Origin: an uncultured Ignavibacteriales bacterium
GTDB lineage: Bacteria; Zixibacteria; MSB-5A5; GN15; JAAZOE01
Assembly: GCA_964526635.1 (NCBI GenBank)
Contig: CAZGLR010000004.1
Span: forward strand, 259-64,258
DNA length: 64,000 bases
Reading direction: 5' to 3'
A model generated the notes under the pieces. It saw nothing but the letters and a program-made list of their open reading frames with translations. It ran no database searches and was not told the origin of the DNA. This document shows, piece by piece, positions 61,880 to 64,000 of this stretch; position 1 is the first letter of the stretch, and every line of letters begins with the position of its first letter. The position numbers and the translations under genes are program-made.

Positions 61880-62750
61880 GCGCAGTTATTTCACCAAAGG
61901 CCGCGGGGTCGGACTGGGAATGGGAAATGCTTAACTGGACGTCACCAGCGGCATTCAACACCAGCAATTTGCGGCTTGGCTTATCAAATACCCATAAGCT
62001 GCCGGTTTCTTCAAGGGCAATGGTTGTCGGCCGTTCCAGGCTGTCGGATTCAACATCATCAATATAATTGCCAAGGTCGTCATAGATCGTAATCCGGCCA
62101 TTCCCGGCATCGGCCACATACAAAAACTCACGATAATCGATATCGATGTCAAGCGGTTCCAAAAGCGACCCGGCGCCATAGCCAAAATCGCCAATGTACC
62201 GGCTGAAACGATTGAAATTATCCATCCGCACCAGGCGGGAATTATCATAATCGGCAACAGTTATTTCTCCGAGTTGCGAGATGACAATCCCGCTGAGGGC
62301 GCCCTCGTTCGGGATGATTGCATCCGGCTCCTCTTCGACCGGTATCTCTTCGATAAATCCGAGGTTGGCGTCCAGTCGCACCACCCGATGATTGCGGCTG
62401 TCGGCCACATAGAGATTAAGGCCGCGATCAAGATAAAGATCCATCGGCCGATGAAATCGTCCGATCCCGAGACCATAGCTGCCGTAATCACGGACCGGGG
62501 TACGATCAATACCGAATTTTATGATGCGATGATTATCAGTATCAGCGACATAAAATTCATCGTTGCGGGAGACCGCCAGTCCCGATGGATTGGCCAGAGG
62601 AGCGCCCAGGACCAGGCCGGAGATTTCAGATTCGAGTTCAAGACCGACCGGTTGGATGTCGGCGCGGCGGTTTTCCGCGGGGGGCTGTTGCTTCCCGGCC
62701 TGACAGGAAACAAGCGATAGAAGGCATAGTATGAAAATTACTGATCGCAT
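61791..62750 (-). CDS. NHL-repeat beta-propeller lipoprotein
   Basis: Lipobox LVSC; repeated YVADxxNxR(I/V) units. Confidence 0.9.
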   Translation of the reverse strand: MRSVIFILCLLSLVSCQAGKQQPPAENRRADIQPVGLELESEISGLVLGAPLANPSGLAVSRNDEFYVADTDNHRIIKFGIDRTPVRDYGSYGLGIGRFHRPMDLYLDRGLNLYVADSRNHRVVRLDANLGFIEEIPVEEEPDAIIPNEGALSGIVISQLGEITVADYDNSRLVRMDNFNRFSRYIGDFGYGAGSLLEPLDIDIDYREFLYVADAGNGRITIYDDLGNYIDDVESDSLERPTTIALEETGSLWVFDKPSRKLLVLNAAGDVQLSISHSQSDPAAFGEITALAMAPRNRLFVADGANDRILIYKIIYAGK

Positions 62751-62753
62751 ATA

Positions 62754-63557
62754 TTAAAAACGGCGAGCAATTGATATCCCTACCCGGGGGTTTTCGGAAA
62801 ACACATCGGAATCGATGTTCAGCTTATAATCGCCGAATTCGGTAATCGATCGCGCCTGCCGGTTGACGGCTTTGACTGTCCGGTACGTATCGATCCCGGC
62901 AATGACTCGATTGACGAACGCCAATGCCAGCAGGAAATTGGAATTGCGTTCGGCGCGTTTTGAATCCTCCACCAGTTCCTTGTAGTGCAGACGATCGGTG
63001 TCGGATTCCCATTGCCAGTAATTTTCGGGGGTATCGGATAACCCGCTGCGTTCCGGAAAAAACAGCAGGCCGAGCTGATTGAATTCATCGCGAGACTCGT
63101 AGAATCCGACCCAGTCATAAAATTCATTACTGCGGTCGCCCGGCGGCAGTCCCGCGCGCGCGGTGGCGAACGCCTGGAAATCATCTTCTTTCCAGTCGCC
63201 GTAAACGCGATAGGCGATAAACCCGGCCCAGATACCAAGTTCGGCGCCCATAAAGACCTGTCCCCGAAATTTGGCCCCGGCATAATACTGGCCGGCACCA
63301 GGAAAGAGAATCGACAGCAGCATCGCTTTCTGCATCGAGACTTTTTCCGGTCGATCCTGCCGGTCGTCACCCAGAGGGTTCTTTCTGACATCACGCATAT
63401 CCAAATCGACATCACCGGCTGAGAAGGCCAGATATGGCGCTGTGACCGGCGAATAAACCGGCTGCGTCAGGTCAATCGGTGCCACATCGCCGCCCTGATC
63501 GGCAAGGCCGATGCCGGCGCAGACAAGACACATGCTTACAAGAATCAGAATTCGCAT
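62754..63557 (-). CDS. Hypothetical exported/outer-membrane protein
   Basis: Signal peptide, KAMLLSILFPGAGQYY motif, C-terminal beta strand ending RRF. Confidence 0.75.
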   Translation of the reverse strand: MRILILVSMCLVCAGIGLADQGGDVAPIDLTQPVYSPVTAPYLAFSAGDVDLDMRDVRKNPLGDDRQDRPEKVSMQKAMLLSILFPGAGQYYAGAKFRGQVFMGAELGIWAGFIAYRVYGDWKEDDFQAFATARAGLPPGDRSNEFYDWVGFYESRDEFNQLGLLFFPERSGLSDTPENYWQWESDTDRLHYKELVEDSKRAERNSNFLLALAFVNRVIAGIDTYRTVKAVNRQARSITEFGDYKLNIDSDVFSENPRVGISIARRF

Positions 63558-63561
63558 AGGA

Positions 63562-64000
63562 TTAAAACTTATATGTCATGGTTAACATCGGCAGCCGTTC
63601 ATTATCGATCGTGACCATTTCGGCCTTGAACGACACCCCGCCGGCCAGTTTATCAAGTTGTCTATTATGGCTCCGCGCTGCCAGGGCCGCTTCGAAACCG
63701 GAGATGACATGGTTGATCATGATCACATACAGCATTGCCCGGCCGCGATCGTATTCCTTTTCGGCATCGGCTTTCATGTCTTCGTATATGAACCGGCGAG
63801 CTGAATACGCGGTGTGATATGCTTCCGATCCCGGACTTGATGAAAGCGGCGGATCGACATCATCCCAGCCAAAGACAAACTGGTTATATTTCCCGATCAT
63901 TTCATAATACTGCTGGGTTTTGGTATCCGGGAGATGATGCGTGAAACTGCTGATATCATCATCATCGCGCGTATCCCAGTTCAACTCAAGATAATCTTCA
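63562..64000 (-). CDS. Hypothetical protein, likely paralog of 62754..63557 (partial, start outside window)
   Basis: Frame open to the window edge; YYEMIGKY and INHVISGFEA match FYDWVGFY and VNRVIAGIDT of the neighbour; ends YKF. Confidence 0.75.
   Translation of the reverse strand, partial: EDYLELNWDTRDDDDISSFTHHLPDTKTQQYYEMIGKYNQFVFGWDDVDPPLSSSPGSEAYHTAYSARRFIYEDMKADAEKEYDRGRAMLYVIMINHVISGFEAALAARSHNRQLDKLAGGVSFKAEMVTIDNERLPMLTMTYKF

Noticed and set aside
502-63557. Sec read-through at TGA stops of annotated genes
   Set aside because: Proteins appear full length; where checked (bshB1, recG, DUF58, udg, selA) the TGA is followed by another stop within a few codons or by the next gene.
1-64000. 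CRISPR arrays, IS elements, integrase or prophage at the selC site
   Set aside because: No spaced direct repeats, transposase, integrase or duplicated tRNA 3' end were seen.

Overview
A bacterial chromosomal core region with about 50 protein genes, every credible one on the minus strand. Gene content (SprA, a Bat/MoxR operon, bacillithiol genes, a DGGGPS-like UbiA, selAB) points to a diderm FCB-superphylum organism outside the well-studied Bacteroidota; candidate Zixibacteria is my inference only. In transcription order (right to left): an outer-membrane cluster (two paralogous Phe-terminated proteins, NHL lipoprotein, ~1100-aa SprA-related barrel, BamA/TamA-family protein, DGGGPS-like prenyltransferase); a MoxR-DUF58-BatABCDE locus with an inserted GT-C glycosyltransferase; LPG-synthase-TM protein, corA, bshC-bshA-bshB1; tRNA-Sec; an unannotated structured ~225-nt RNA candidate; recG; murB-sprA; glutaminyl cyclase-like M28-selA-selB-amidohydrolase; glnA-gatA-unknown-gatB-purN-purC-purH; smg-coaBC-udg-dnaB-mlaEF-radA-tgt; and a catabolic block ALDH-arcE-like-arcC-cca-sucCD behind a Rex-like palindrome. 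No mobile elements, prophage or CRISPR arrays were seen. Best leads: the SprA-paralog/BamA-like cluster, the structured RNA next to selC, the arginine synthetase-type energy module, and the DGGGPS-like gene. All calls rest on motif recognition by eye; no database search was run.
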